The translations under genes and the position numbers were made by a program. Of a stretch of DNA of 64,000 nt, positions 28,247 to 38,245 are shown one piece after another. Position 1 is the first letter of the stretch. Each line of letters starts with the position of its first letter. The DNA lies in IMG/VR virus record IMGVR_UViG_3300017748_000002, positions 59,333 to 123,332 of that record. One strand, written 5' to 3'. The notes beneath the pieces were generated by a model. It was not told where the DNA came from. It searched no databases and was given only the letters and a program-made list of their open reading frames with translations. Source of the DNA: a virus.

Positions 28247-29795
28247 TCTTAAGCGAGACGGTGTTCAAGAACAATGGACTCCTGAAAAGCTTAGAGAATA
28301 TAAGAGATGTATGGATGATCCTGTATATTTCGCTGAGACGTATATAAAAGTAATTTCACTTGATCAAGGTTTAGTATCATTTAAGCTATATCCTTATCAA
28401 CAAGACATGTTTGAGCATTTTAATGAGCATCGGTTTAACATTGTACTGGCTTGCAGACAATCGGGAAAATCAATATCCGCGTGTGCCTACCTGCTCTGGT
28501 ATGCGCTGTTTCATCCGGAAAAAACTGTTGCAATCCTCGCAAACAAAGGAGCCACTGCCAGGGAAATGCTCGGCAGGATCACGCTTATGCTGGAGAACTT
28601 ACCGTTCTTTCTTCAACCCGGATCAAAAGCTGTCAACAAAGGCTCTCTTGAGTTTGCTAATAATTCTCGAATCATTACTGCTGCGACCTCTGGGTCTTCT
28701 ATTCGTGGTCTATCCATCAATTTGCTTTACCTTGATGAGTTTGCTTTCGTAGAAAGAGCATCTGAGTTTTATACGTCAACATATCCGGTGGTATCTGCTG
28801 GTAAAGATACTAAAGTCATTATAACGTCAACGGCTAATGGTATCGGCAATATGTTCTATAAAATATGGGAAGGTGCAGAGCAAAAAGTCAATGAATTTAA
28901 TTCTTTCAGAGTCGACTGGTGGGATGTTCCGGGACGAGATAAAGAATGGAAAGCACAAACAATTGCTAACACTAGTCAATTGCAGTTTGATCAAGAATTC
29001 GGTAATACATTCTTCGGCACTGGTGATACCTTAATCGGTGCAGAAGCTCTTATGAAATTAAGAGCATCAAATCCAAAAGAGTATTTTGAAGGCGGAGATT
29101 TTCTTGTCTATAAACAACCTGTCAAGAAGCATGAATATATTATAACTGTTGATGTTGGAAAGGGAAGAGGTCAGGACTATTCTACATTTAACGTAATCGA
29201 TATTAGCGTGGCGCCGTTTGAACAGGTTGCTGTGTACCGCAACAATACTATCTCGCCTTTGCTCTTCCCTAATATTATATATAAGTACGCAAAAATCTAC
29301 AACAATGGTTATGTAATTGTAGAATCTAACGACCAAGGATCGTTAGTTGCTAATGGTCTATACCATGAATTAGAATATGAAAATGTCCATGTAGAGTCTG
29401 CAATTAAGTCAAATGCCATTGGTGTTACAATGACTCGAAAAGTCAAAAGGCTTGGATGTTCGGGTTTAAAAGACATCTTAGAAAATAATAAATTAAATGT
29501 AGTAGATGAAGAAACTATACTAGAAATATCTACTTTTGTAGCAAGAGGCCAATCATACGAAGCATCGGATGGGAATCATGATGACTTAGTTATGACGCTA
29601 GTTATGTTTGGATATTTTGCTCAGACTCAATTTTTCTCAGACATGACAGATATTGACTTAAAACAAATGTTGTTTGAAGATAGAATGAAACAAATTGAAG
29701 ACGATATTGTACCATTTGGATTTGTTGATGATGGTTCAGATTATATAGAATCAATCGAAAAACCTGATTGGGTAGTTGAATTTGATGAAATTTAA
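28209..29795 (+). CDS. gp17: Terminase large subunit gp17
   Basis: YLGNPNLK, RQSGKS Walker A, LDEFAF, HDDLVM. Confidence 0.96.
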   Translation: MLNPLKTYLGNPNLKRDGVQEQWTPEKLREYKRCMDDPVYFAETYIKVISLDQGLVSFKLYPYQQDMFEHFNEHRFNIVLACRQSGKSISACAYLLWYALFHPEKTVAILANKGATAREMLGRITLMLENLPFFLQPGSKAVNKGSLEFANNSRIITAATSGSSIRGLSINLLYLDEFAFVERASEFYTSTYPVVSAGKDTKVIITSTANGIGNMFYKIWEGAEQKVNEFNSFRVDWWDVPGRDKEWKAQTIANTSQLQFDQEFGNTFFGTGDTLIGAEALMKLRASNPKEYFEGGDFLVYKQPVKKHEYIITVDVGKGRGQDYSTFNVIDISVAPFEQVAVYRNNTISPLLFPNIIYKYAKIYNNGYVIVESNDQGSLVANGLYHELEYENVHVESAIKSNAIGVTMTRKVKRLGCSGLKDILENNKLNVVDEETILEISTFVARGQSYEASDGNHDDLVMTLVMFGYFAQTQFFSDMTDIDLKQMLFEDRMKQIEDDIVPFGFVDDGSDYIESIEKPDWVVEFDEI

Positions 29796-29800
29796 TTTTA

Positions 29801-29850
29801 TATAAATATATCATATAGTGAACAGAACCGTATTATGAAACTTATAAATA
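29801..29850 (+). promoter_or_regulatory. Tandem T4-type late promoters
   Basis: TATAAATA at 29801-29808 and 29843-29850 upstream of gp18. Confidence 0.75.
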
Positions 29851-29869
29851 GAACCTCAAGAGGGAACTC

Positions 29870-31651
29870 ATGGCACTTTTCGCACCATCACAATCCCCTG
29901 CAGTTGTTGTCAAAGAAGTAGATCTGACTGGCGGCGTGCCAAATGTTCAGACTTCTACTGGCGCATATGTAGGTAAGTTTAAGTGGGGTCCGGTAGACAA
30001 AGCGACCTTGGTAGCTAACGAAGAAGAACTCGTTGGTACTTTTGGATCGCCAGATACCTCCCACAACATCAATTTCCATGACGCAGCGTATTTCCTGCGT
30101 TATTCAAACGCTCTTCAACTTGTCAGAGTTGTAGATGCTACTGCAAAGAATGCTGCAGCGACAACCGGTCAAACATCCGCATTTGTCCATACTGCAGTAA
30201 CTAATCCCGTTGTTAAAAATTTAGATAATTTTAACGCTCAGATTACTGCACTTGATTCCGATGGCCACACTTTTGTAGCTCGGTTTCCTGGAGTGCTTGG
30301 CAACTCATTGAGAGTTTCAGTATGTCCACCATCTCTGAATGATTCAGCGTTTAATGGTTGGACTTACAAAGGCTCTTTTGATGCTGCTCCATCAACATCA
30401 GACTGGGCAGTTGCTAGGGACGCTTCTGATGATGAACTACACGTTGCAGTTGTTGACGTAAATGGTTCATTCAGTGGAACTAAAGGGACAGTTCTTGAAA
30501 CATATCCTTTCCTTTCAGTTGCATCTGACGCAAAAAGCGTTGAAGACGGGACTGCACTCTACATCAAAGATGTAATCAACAGTCGTTCATCGTACGTACA
30601 CTTTGTAGACTTTGATTCCAACTTTACAAACTTTGGTAGTGCTGGTACAGCTACTACATCTGGAACACCTAAGTCGTTCTTAGGAACTGCTGTAGAAACT
30701 TCGGCTACTACTAACTTTGAATTTGATTCTGGCCTCGATGCAGGAACTCTAACAACTTCAAATTATCTAAGTGGTTTCGACCTCTTCGAAGATAAAGATC
30801 AAATTGAAGTTGATTTCTTGATTGCTCCGGGCATGGGATCTGCTGGTAACCAAACTACAGTTACTAATGATCTGATCTCTACTGCGAACGCTCGTAAAGA
30901 TTGTATCGTTGTTACTTCTCCTGCGAGAAGCGACGTCGTAAATCAAACCAACGAAGCTACGATCACATCAAATATTACTACAACAACTGGAACATTTACC
31001 CGGTCAAGCTATTCTGTGGTAAACGGTAACTACCTTAAAGTATACGATAAGTACAATGACGTATACATTGAGATTCCTGCTAGCTCTTCGGTTGCTGGTC
31101 TTATGGCCGAAACTGATAGAGTTGCAGCTCCTTGGTTCTCACCAGCTGGTACTCGGAGAGGATTACTTCTTGGTGTAACTTCGGTTAATTACAATCCGAA
31201 CAAAACACGCCGAGACACTCTTTACAAAGCCGGTGTTAACCCGATTGTGAATCTTCCCGGTCAAGGAATTTTACTTTACGGCGATAAAACAGCATTGAAT
31301 AGACCATCTGCTTTTGATCGCATCAACGTAAGACGTTTGTTCCTTACACTTGAAAGAGCAATTGAAAGAGCTGCTCAAAACGTACTCTTTGAATTCAACG
31401 ATGAGTTTACTCGCGCTGAGTTCGTAAATATTATCGAGCCTGTACTTCGCGATGTCAAAGGACGCCGTGGTATTACAGACTTCCGGATTATTGCTGATGA
31501 ATCAGTAAATACTCCTGCAGTTGTTGATCGTAACGAGTTTATTGCTAACATCTTTATCAAGCCTGCTCGCTCGATTAACTACATCACTCTTAACTTTGTC
31601 GCTGTCCGTACCGGAGTTTCTTTTGAAGAAGTTACCGGTCAGGCATTTTAA
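29870..31651 (+). CDS. gp18: Tail sheath protein gp18
   Basis: SP.V.V.E.D, F.WGP, W.SPAG..RG, SAFDRINVRRLF, IKPARSINYI.LNF. Confidence 0.96.
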   Translation: MALFAPSQSPAVVVKEVDLTGGVPNVQTSTGAYVGKFKWGPVDKATLVANEEELVGTFGSPDTSHNINFHDAAYFLRYSNALQLVRVVDATAKNAAATTGQTSAFVHTAVTNPVVKNLDNFNAQITALDSDGHTFVARFPGVLGNSLRVSVCPPSLNDSAFNGWTYKGSFDAAPSTSDWAVARDASDDELHVAVVDVNGSFSGTKGTVLETYPFLSVASDAKSVEDGTALYIKDVINSRSSYVHFVDFDSNFTNFGSAGTATTSGTPKSFLGTAVETSATTNFEFDSGLDAGTLTTSNYLSGFDLFEDKDQIEVDFLIAPGMGSAGNQTTVTNDLISTANARKDCIVVTSPARSDVVNQTNEATITSNITTTTGTFTRSSYSVVNGNYLKVYDKYNDVYIEIPASSSVAGLMAETDRVAAPWFSPAGTRRGLLLGVTSVNYNPNKTRRDTLYKAGVNPIVNLPGQGILLYGDKTALNRPSAFDRINVRRLFLTLERAIERAAQNVLFEFNDEFTRAEFVNIIEPVLRDVKGRRGITDFRIIADESVNTPAVVDRNEFIANIFIKPARSINYITLNFVAVRTGVSFEEVTGQAF

Positions 31652-31670
31652 TCTAAGGAGGATTTAACCA

Positions 31671-32210
31671 ATGGCACTAGGTAGTGTAGACGAATTTAAG
31701 TCAAGGCTGACCGGCGGTGGTGCTCGCGGTAACCTCTTTCAGGTTACTCTTGCCAATCCACGTGGCGGTTTAGGTGTTGATCTGGATGTTGACTTCGCGT
31801 CATTTATGTGTGAGACAGCCCAGCTTCCGGCTTCAACGGTAGGAACAATTGTGATTCCTTTCCGTGGACGCCAGTTAAAAGTTGCTGGTGATCGTACATT
31901 CGATGCTTGGACAATAACAGTCATCAACGACACAGAGTTTAAGATCAGGAACGCAATGGAGCGTTGGATGAATGCCATCGCAAACCATGCAGATGCCGGT
32001 GGTACACAGGCACCTGATGTTTACTTTACTGATCTTAAGGTTGATCAATTTGATCGTGAAGAAAATGTCATTAAGACATACACGTTCAAAGACGCTTGGC
32101 CTTCAGAGGTAGCTCCAATTGATCTCAGCTATGGTGATAATGATACAATCGAAAGATTCTCTATCACATGGCAGTATCAATACTGGACATCAAACACCAC
32201 TGATAATTAA
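31671..32210 (+). CDS. gp19: Tail tube protein gp19
   Basis: GGAR.NLF.V, FRGR.LKVAGDRTF..W. Confidence 0.95.
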   Translation: MALGSVDEFKSRLTGGGARGNLFQVTLANPRGGLGVDLDVDFASFMCETAQLPASTVGTIVIPFRGRQLKVAGDRTFDAWTITVINDTEFKIRNAMERWMNAIANHADAGGTQAPDVYFTDLKVDQFDREENVIKTYTFKDAWPSEVAPIDLSYGDNDTIERFSITWQYQYWTSNTTDN

Positions 32211-32218
32211 TAATATAT

Positions 32219-32251
32219 AGAAGGAGCAGGAAAAGCTTGCTCCTTCTTTTA
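32219..32251 (+). terminator. Intrinsic terminator-like hairpin after gp19
   Basis: AGAAGGAGCAGG-AAAAG-CTTGCTCCTTCT followed by a T run. Confidence 0.6.
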
Positions 32252-32263
32252 TAAGGAATTAAC

Positions 32264-33760
32264 ATGGCAGAAAACAATCGCGGATTTAGATTATTTGGTT
32301 TCGAAATCAAAAGAAATACGCCTGAAGAAGATCCAAAAAAGGCTGCTTCGATTGTCCCCGCGCGAGATGAAGATGGTGCTGGTTATGTAACAGCATCCGG
32401 ATCTCATTATGGCCAATATATTAATCTAGATGGAACCGACGCTAAAGACAACCACTCTCTTATCATGAAATATCGTGGAGTTGCGATGCATCCAGAAGTT
32501 GATGCAGCAATTGAAGATATTGTAAATGAAGCAATTGTCGGTGGTGAAGATCCAATTACTATTGACATGGATAACTTGGACGTTTCTGACGGAATCAAAA
32601 AACAAATCAAAGATGAATTTGATGGTATTTGTTCAATGCTTAGTTTTAATGAGCTTGGACACGATATGTTTAGACGTTGGTACGTAGATGGTAGAATCTA
32701 TCATCACCTTGTTGTTGATGAGACAAATCTAAAAAAAGGTATTGTAGACATTCGGCCGATCGATGCTGCTCGGATTCGTAAAGTCAAACAAGTTAAAAAG
32801 AAAAAAGATCCAGCAACTGGGGCTGATCTGATTGAAAATGTAGATGAGTATTTTATCTATCAAGAAAAGCCAGGAGCTCAGACTTCAGGCGTTAAACTTT
32901 CTCTTGATTCTGTCTCATACGTTACTTCTGGTCTTCTTGATGAAACTAGACGTAAAGTATTATCCTACATTCACAAATCACTGAAGCCAATCAATCAGTT
33001 AAGAATGATGGAAGACTCTTTGGTCATCTATCGCTTAGCTCGTGCTCCAGAGCGTCGTATCTTCTATATTGATGTTGGTAACTTACCACGTGGTAAAGCC
33101 GAACAATATATGAAAGACATCATGACACGCTATCGTAATAAGCTTGTCTATGACGCAGCGACCGGTGAAATTAAAGACGATCGTAAACATCAATCATTAC
33201 TTGAAGATTTTTGGCTTCCACGTCGTGAAGGTGGTAAAGGTACTGAGATCTCAACTCTACCGGGTGGTGATAACCTCGGTCAGATTGATGACATTGTTTA
33301 CTTTCAAAAGAAACTCTATCGTGCTTTGAATGTTCCAATTAATCGTTTAGAACAAGAATCACAATTTAGCCTCGGTAGATCAAGTGAAATTTCTCGTGAT
33401 GAGCTTAAGTTTCAGAAGTTTATTGATAGACTACGTTCTCGGTTTAGTCACCTCTTTATGGGTATTCTCAAAACTCAACTTATTCTCAAAGGTATCGTGA
33501 CTGACCAAGACTGGGTTGACATGAAAGAAGACATTCTTGTCAACTTCATGAGAGATAACCACTTTACAGAATTAAAAGAAACAGAACTTTTAAGAGAAAG
33601 AATTCAAACACTAGACCAAATGTCTAATTATATTGGTGAATATTTCTCGAAAGAATGGGTAATGAAAAACGTTCTAATGTTCTCTGATGATGATATTGAA
33701 CAACTTGCAAAACAGGCTGGTGATGAAGAACAGCCACAAGGAGAAAATGAAAATGAGTGA
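32264..33760 (+). CDS. gp20: Portal protein gp20
   Basis: LFGF, IYRLARAPERRIFYIDVGNLP, EDFWLPRREGGKGTEI. Confidence 0.97.
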   Translation: MAENNRGFRLFGFEIKRNTPEEDPKKAASIVPARDEDGAGYVTASGSHYGQYINLDGTDAKDNHSLIMKYRGVAMHPEVDAAIEDIVNEAIVGGEDPITIDMDNLDVSDGIKKQIKDEFDGICSMLSFNELGHDMFRRWYVDGRIYHHLVVDETNLKKGIVDIRPIDAARIRKVKQVKKKKDPATGADLIENVDEYFIYQEKPGAQTSGVKLSLDSVSYVTSGLLDETRRKVLSYIHKSLKPINQLRMMEDSLVIYRLARAPERRIFYIDVGNLPRGKAEQYMKDIMTRYRNKLVYDAATGEIKDDRKHQSLLEDFWLPRREGGKGTEISTLPGGDNLGQIDDIVYFQKKLYRALNVPINRLEQESQFSLGRSSEISRDELKFQKFIDRLRSRFSHLFMGILKTQLILKGIVTDQDWVDMKEDILVNFMRDNHFTELKETELLRERIQTLDQMSNYIGEYFSKEWVMKNVLMFSDDDIEQLAKQAGDEEQPQGENENE

Positions 33761-34058
33761 AGTTGAAACACAAGAACCTGAAATTGAAGAAAATCCACTA
33801 GCAGGTCTAGTACAAGCTGCATTGGATAAAGATTATAATAAGGCTAATGAACTTTTTGGCCAAGCTATTACTGTTAAACTTGATGACATTATAGATCAAG
33901 AAAAAATTAAAGTTTCTGATCAATTGTTTAATGGAGCAGAAGAAGAACAGGAGGAAGAGCCAGATGAAGATACTGACGATTCTGAAGATGATTCTGAAGT
34001 GGAAGATACTGAAGCTGAAGATGATGTGGATGCTGATGAAGAAAATTCTTCTGAGTAG
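33753..34058 (+). CDS. Acidic prohead core protein (gp67-like)
   Basis: Position between gp20 and gp21; very acidic C-terminus. Confidence 0.6.
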   Translation: MSEVETQEPEIEENPLAGLVQAALDKDYNKANELFGQAITVKLDDIIDQEKIKVSDQLFNGAEEEQEEEPDEDTDDSEDDSEVEDTEAEDDVDADEENSSE

Positions 34059-34071
34059 AAAATAATAAAGT

Positions 34072-34079
34072 TATAAATA
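34072..34079 (+). promoter_or_regulatory. T4-type late promoter
   Basis: TATAAATA upstream of gp21. Confidence 0.7.
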
Positions 34080-34113
34080 TATAAGAATGAATGAAACAAA
34101 AGGTTTGTGTAAA

Positions 34114-34770
34114 ATGAAATTAATTTCCGAATTTACAGACATTCAAATCGGTTACGAAGTTATCACCGAAGAAAAAAGTGGTAAGAAAAAATACGTGATT
34201 GAAGGTGTTTTCGCGCAAGCCGATAAAAAGAATAGAAACGGTCGAGTATATCCACGCGGAGTAATGGAATCAGCAATCGGTAAATATAACGATGTGCAAG
34301 TTTCTAAAGGCCGCGCAGTTGGTGAATTGAATCACCCTGAAGGACCGACCGTTAACTTAGATAAAGTTTCTCATAAGATCGAATCTCTTCAATTTGAAAG
34401 AAACGATGTTATGGGCAAAGCCACAGTATTGGATACACCTATGGGACAGATTGTTAAAGGTCTTCTCGATGGAGGTGTTCAGCTGGGCGTTTCGACTCGT
34501 GGTATGGGAAGTTTGACGCAACAAAATGGCGCAATGATCGTCAAAGACGATTTTATGCTTAACGCTATTGATATAGTACAAGATCCATCGGCACCGTCTG
34601 CATTTGTTAATGGGATTATGGAAGGTGTAGATTGGGTTTGGCATAACGGCATTATTGAGGCAAGAACTATTGAAAAAATGGAGACTGAAATTAAGAAAGC
34701 TCCACGTGCTGATCTCTATGAGACACAGGTTCGTGAGTTCAAGAATTTCCTCTCGTTACTCAAAACTTAG
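34114..34770 (+). CDS. gp21: Prohead protease gp21
   Basis: NRNGRVYP, GELNHP, GVSTRGMGS, DIVQDPSAP.A. Confidence 0.95.
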   Translation: MKLISEFTDIQIGYEVITEEKSGKKKYVIEGVFAQADKKNRNGRVYPRGVMESAIGKYNDVQVSKGRAVGELNHPEGPTVNLDKVSHKIESLQFERNDVMGKATVLDTPMGQIVKGLLDGGVQLGVSTRGMGSLTQQNGAMIVKDDFMLNAIDIVQDPSAPSAFVNGIMEGVDWVWHNGIIEARTIEKMETEIKKAPRADLYETQVREFKNFLSLLKT

Positions 34771-34791
34771 ATAAAATAAGGAGTCAATAAA

Positions 34792-35835
34792 ATGACTGAT
34801 CAAGAAAATCTCGATCAAGATGTTGAACTCCATGATGACGAGACTGTCATGGAAATGTCTGATCACGAATCAGATTCAGTAAAAAGTGCTGATTCTGCCG
34901 CAGACGCTTCTGGTAATGCACCAAAGCGTACCGGCGACCAAACAAAGCAAGAACCAATGCCAAAGACCAAAGCGGCTCTTATGGCTGCTATGATGCATAA
35001 CATGGGAAAGATGGATAAGAAATCTCTCCAAGCTATGTATGGCAAGCATAAAGAAATGTATCACAACGAAGATATCGACGTTGACGGTGAAGTAATTGCC
35101 GAAGCTCCAAAAGCAGAAATTGCTTATGAAGCTAACTTCGACGACGATCTTAACGCATTGGTATCTGAAGAAGCAACTCTTTCAGATGAGTTCAAAGACA
35201 AAGCATCTACAATCTTTGAAGCTGCTATTAAGTCTAAGCTCTCAGCTGAAGTTGATCGTTTGGAAGAAAAGTACAACGAAGAACTTGCTGAAGAAATCTC
35301 AACAACCAAAGCTGATCTTGTAGAAAAGGTAGATTCATATCTTAACTACGTTGTAGAAAAGTGGTTGGAAGATAACAAGGTAGCTGTTCAAGCTGGCCTT
35401 CGTACAGAAATCGCTGAAAAGTTCATGAACAACTTGAAAGAATTGTTTGTTGAATCTTACATCGATGTACCAGAGTCTAAAGTAGACCTAGTTGACGAAC
35501 TTGCTAGTGAAGTTGATGAGCTCGAAGAGCAACTCAATAACTCTACAGGTAAAATCATCGAAATGACCGAGGAGCTGGAAAGCTTTAAGCGTGATGCGGT
35601 TATCCGTGAAGCGTCTAAAGACCTTGCAGAAACTCAGGTAGAAAAACTCAAGTCTCTTGTAGCTGATATCGACTTCAATGAAAGCTTTGCTAACAAAGTC
35701 AATACAGTAAAAGAGTCTTACTTCAATAAACCGGCAACTACTGAAGCCGTTACAGAAGAAGATGATACCTTTGAGGTTGAAGCTTCAGACGTAATGGGTA
35801 AATACCTTAGTGCCATCAAAAAGCAATCGAAATAA
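34792..35835 (+). CDS. gp22: Prohead scaffold protein gp22
   Basis: LSDEFK.KA.TIFEAA, VDSYLNYVV..W; position before gp23. Confidence 0.9.
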   Translation: MTDQENLDQDVELHDDETVMEMSDHESDSVKSADSAADASGNAPKRTGDQTKQEPMPKTKAALMAAMMHNMGKMDKKSLQAMYGKHKEMYHNEDIDVDGEVIAEAPKAEIAYEANFDDDLNALVSEEATLSDEFKDKASTIFEAAIKSKLSAEVDRLEEKYNEELAEEISTTKADLVEKVDSYLNYVVEKWLEDNKVAVQAGLRTEIAEKFMNNLKELFVESYIDVPESKVDLVDELASEVDELEEQLNNSTGKIIEMTEELESFKRDAVIREASKDLAETQVEKLKSLVADIDFNESFANKVNTVKESYFNKPATTEAVTEEDDTFEVEASDVMGKYLSAIKKQSK

Positions 35836-35851
35836 TAGGGAGTCCTAAACG

Positions 35852-37180
35852 ATGCAAAACGTAGTATCTTACGATAATCTCGTAGAAAAGTGGGCACCGG
35901 TTCTCAATGAAGAAGCTGCCGGATCCATTAAAGACAATCACCGGAAAGCTGTTACTGCAGCTATCTTGGAAAACCAAGAGCGCGCCCTCCACGAAGAAGG
36001 CCTGCTTGAAACAACTTCAACTGGCGACGCTGCAAAGTGGAATCCAGTACTGATCGCACTCGTACGTCGCGCAATGCCTAACCTCGTTGCTTACGACATC
36101 TGTGGCGTTCAGCCAATGTCTGGTCCAACTGGTTTGATCTTCGCAATGAAGGCAGCTTACCAAAAGACCAAAGCTGGCCAAGCAAGTGGCGACGAAGCTC
36201 TCTTCAACGAAGCTGCTGTCGGTTACTCAGGCGACTCAAGCACAACTGGTAACGGAACACGCGGACCATCTGGTCTTGCTGGTACATTAGACGGTGACGG
36301 TGACTCAACAATCCTTGACTCCGCCACAGACCACGTACCATATACCGGTGATGCTTACACAGCTGCTGAAGGCGAAGTACTCGGCGGATCAGGCCAAGAA
36401 GAACTGGCTCCAATGGGCTTCACCATCGAGAAGGCAACAGTTACTGCAAAGACACGTGCTCTACGCGCTAACTACACCCTCGAACTTGCACAGGATCTGA
36501 AAGCTATCCACGGTCTGGATGCTGAAACAGAACTGGCAAACATCCTTTCAACTGAAATTCTGGCTGAAATCAACCGTGAAGTTGTTCGTACAATCAACGC
36601 ACAAGCTAAGATTGGTGCCCGTCAGACTTCTAACCAGACACTGGGTGTCTTCGATCTGGCAACAGACGCTGATGGCCGCTGGTCAGTTGAGAAGTACAAA
36701 GGTCTGATCATGCAGATCGAGCGTGAAGCTAACGTAATCGCAAAAGAAACACGTCGCGGTAAAGGTAACTTTATCCTGTGTTCATCTGATGTTGCTGCTG
36801 CTCTTAACGCTGCTGGCATGTTGGATTACACTCCAGCACTTAGCTCAAACCTGAACGTTGACGATACTGGCAACACATTCGCTGGTACACTGAACGGACG
36901 CATTAAGGTCTACATCGATCCTTATTCGACCCGTGACTATGTTAACGTCGGTTATAAGGGTACAAACCCATACGATGCTGGCTTGTTCTACTGCCCATAC
37001 GTACCATTAACAATGGTCAAGGCTGTAGGCGAGGAAGACTTCCAGCCGCGGATCGGCTTCAAGACACGTTACGGAATGGTATCAAACCCATTCGTTGGAG
37101 CTACTCCAGCTGACGGTCTTGCAACTAACCGTACAAACCAATACTATCGTGTCATGGCAGTTAACAACATCCTTTCATAG
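35852..37180 (+). CDS. gp23: Major capsid protein gp23
   Basis: VQPMSGPTGLIFAM, ELAQDLKAIHGLDAE.EL, FYCPYVPL, FQPRIGFKTRYG. Confidence 0.98.
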   Translation: MQNVVSYDNLVEKWAPVLNEEAAGSIKDNHRKAVTAAILENQERALHEEGLLETTSTGDAAKWNPVLIALVRRAMPNLVAYDICGVQPMSGPTGLIFAMKAAYQKTKAGQASGDEALFNEAAVGYSGDSSTTGNGTRGPSGLAGTLDGDGDSTILDSATDHVPYTGDAYTAAEGEVLGGSGQEELAPMGFTIEKATVTAKTRALRANYTLELAQDLKAIHGLDAETELANILSTEILAEINREVVRTINAQAKIGARQTSNQTLGVFDLATDADGRWSVEKYKGLIMQIEREANVIAKETRRGKGNFILCSSDVAAALNAAGMLDYTPALSSNLNVDDTGNTFAGTLNGRIKVYIDPYSTRDYVNVGYKGTNPYDAGLFYCPYVPLTMVKAVGEEDFQPRIGFKTRYGMVSNPFVGATPADGLATNRTNQYYRVMAVNNILS

Positions 37181-37212
37181 GGTGAAAATAAAAAACTGTT
37201 AAGATAAACACT

Positions 37213-37240
37213 GGCCCCGCTTCGGCGGGGCCTTTATTCT
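37213..37240 (+). terminator. Intrinsic terminator after gp23
   Basis: GGCCCCGC-TTCG-GCGGGGCC (cUUCGg loop) then TTTATTCT. Confidence 0.85.
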
Positions 37241-37242
37241 AA

Positions 37243-37250
37243 TATAAATA
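37243..37250 (+). promoter_or_regulatory. T4-type late promoter
   Basis: TATAAATA immediately before gp3. Confidence 0.65.
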
Positions 37251-37255
37251 GAATC

Positions 37256-37756
37256 ATGGCTATACTAACAACAAACATTAATTACCTTCAGCCTACCAGT
37301 TTTAAGCTGGTAATTGATCGTGAGAATTATCCAAATCTCGAATATTTTGCTCAGTCTATTAGTCATCCAAGTATGACTGTGACAGCGGCAGAACTTCCAT
37401 TTCGCAAATTTAGAAGTATTCCTATGCCGGGCGAAAGTCTAGACTTCGGTGAATTTAGCGCTCAAATTATCATTGATGAAAACATGACTGGTTATTCAGA
37501 AATGTATGGTTGGTTGACGAGACTTGTAGAACAAAATCTAAAAGGAGCTCTAGACAGAGGCGATGGTGTAGTACCAGCAACATCAGATATTACGCTTTCA
37601 ATATTGTCTAGTCACAATAATACCGTAAAGCAGATCAGATATATTGGAGCTATACCAACAAGCTTAGGCGAAATTTCTTTTGAAGCAACTGCTGCTGGAA
37701 CTGAATTTTTAACTTTCTCTGCTTCGTTTAGATTTTCTCATTTTGAGATAGTTTAA
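37256..37756 (+). CDS. gp3: Tail tube terminator/completion protein gp3
   Basis: N.L.P..FK, PG..L.F, IDE.M..Y.E.Y.W, PTSL. Confidence 0.8.
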   Translation: MAILTTNINYLQPTSFKLVIDRENYPNLEYFAQSISHPSMTVTAAELPFRKFRSIPMPGESLDFGEFSAQIIIDENMTGYSEMYGWLTRLVEQNLKGALDRGDGVVPATSDITLSILSSHNNTVKQIRYIGAIPTSLGEISFEATAAGTEFLTFSASFRFSHFEIV

Positions 37757-37801
37757 ACATTAGATATATAGTATTGATTAATTTATAATGTGAGTAACAA
37801 C

Positions 37802-38245
37802 ATGATTGACTTGAAAAGCGTCCTCGCTCAATGGGCAGAGGATAATACCATTGGCATCCATCTGGATGAAGATTCTAGAAGAACACCTCTCTTACATGCA
37901 AAATATCTTGAATTGTTATCAAATGCTAAGTTGCTTTTGAAGAGAGCAGAGTTTTCTCAAAAGACATTATTAAAGCAAAAATGGTTGTATTATAATGGAA
38001 AGATGGACCAAGAAGAAGTCGTTGAATTAGGATGGAATCCAGATCCTTTCAATGGTCTTAAGATTTTAAAAGGTGAACTTGAATATTATTACGATGCTGA
38101 TCCTGAAATTCAAAAGTCAGAAGAGAAGATTCAGTATTACAAAACACTAGTTGAAACATTAACAGAGATAGTGAGTAACATTACATGGCGTCATCAAACA
38201 ATCGGGAATATTATTAGGTGGAAACAGTTCGAATCAGGAAACTGA
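37802..38245 (+). CDS. uvsY: Recombination mediator UvsY
   Basis: P.LHAKYL, KWLYYNGK, Y.DAD, W.QF.SG; upstream of uvsW. Confidence 0.85.
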   Translation: MIDLKSVLAQWAEDNTIGIHLDEDSRRTPLLHAKYLELLSNAKLLLKRAEFSQKTLLKQKWLYYNGKMDQEEVVELGWNPDPFNGLKILKGELEYYYDADPEIQKSEEKIQYYKTLVETLTEIVSNITWRHQTIGNIIRWKQFESGN

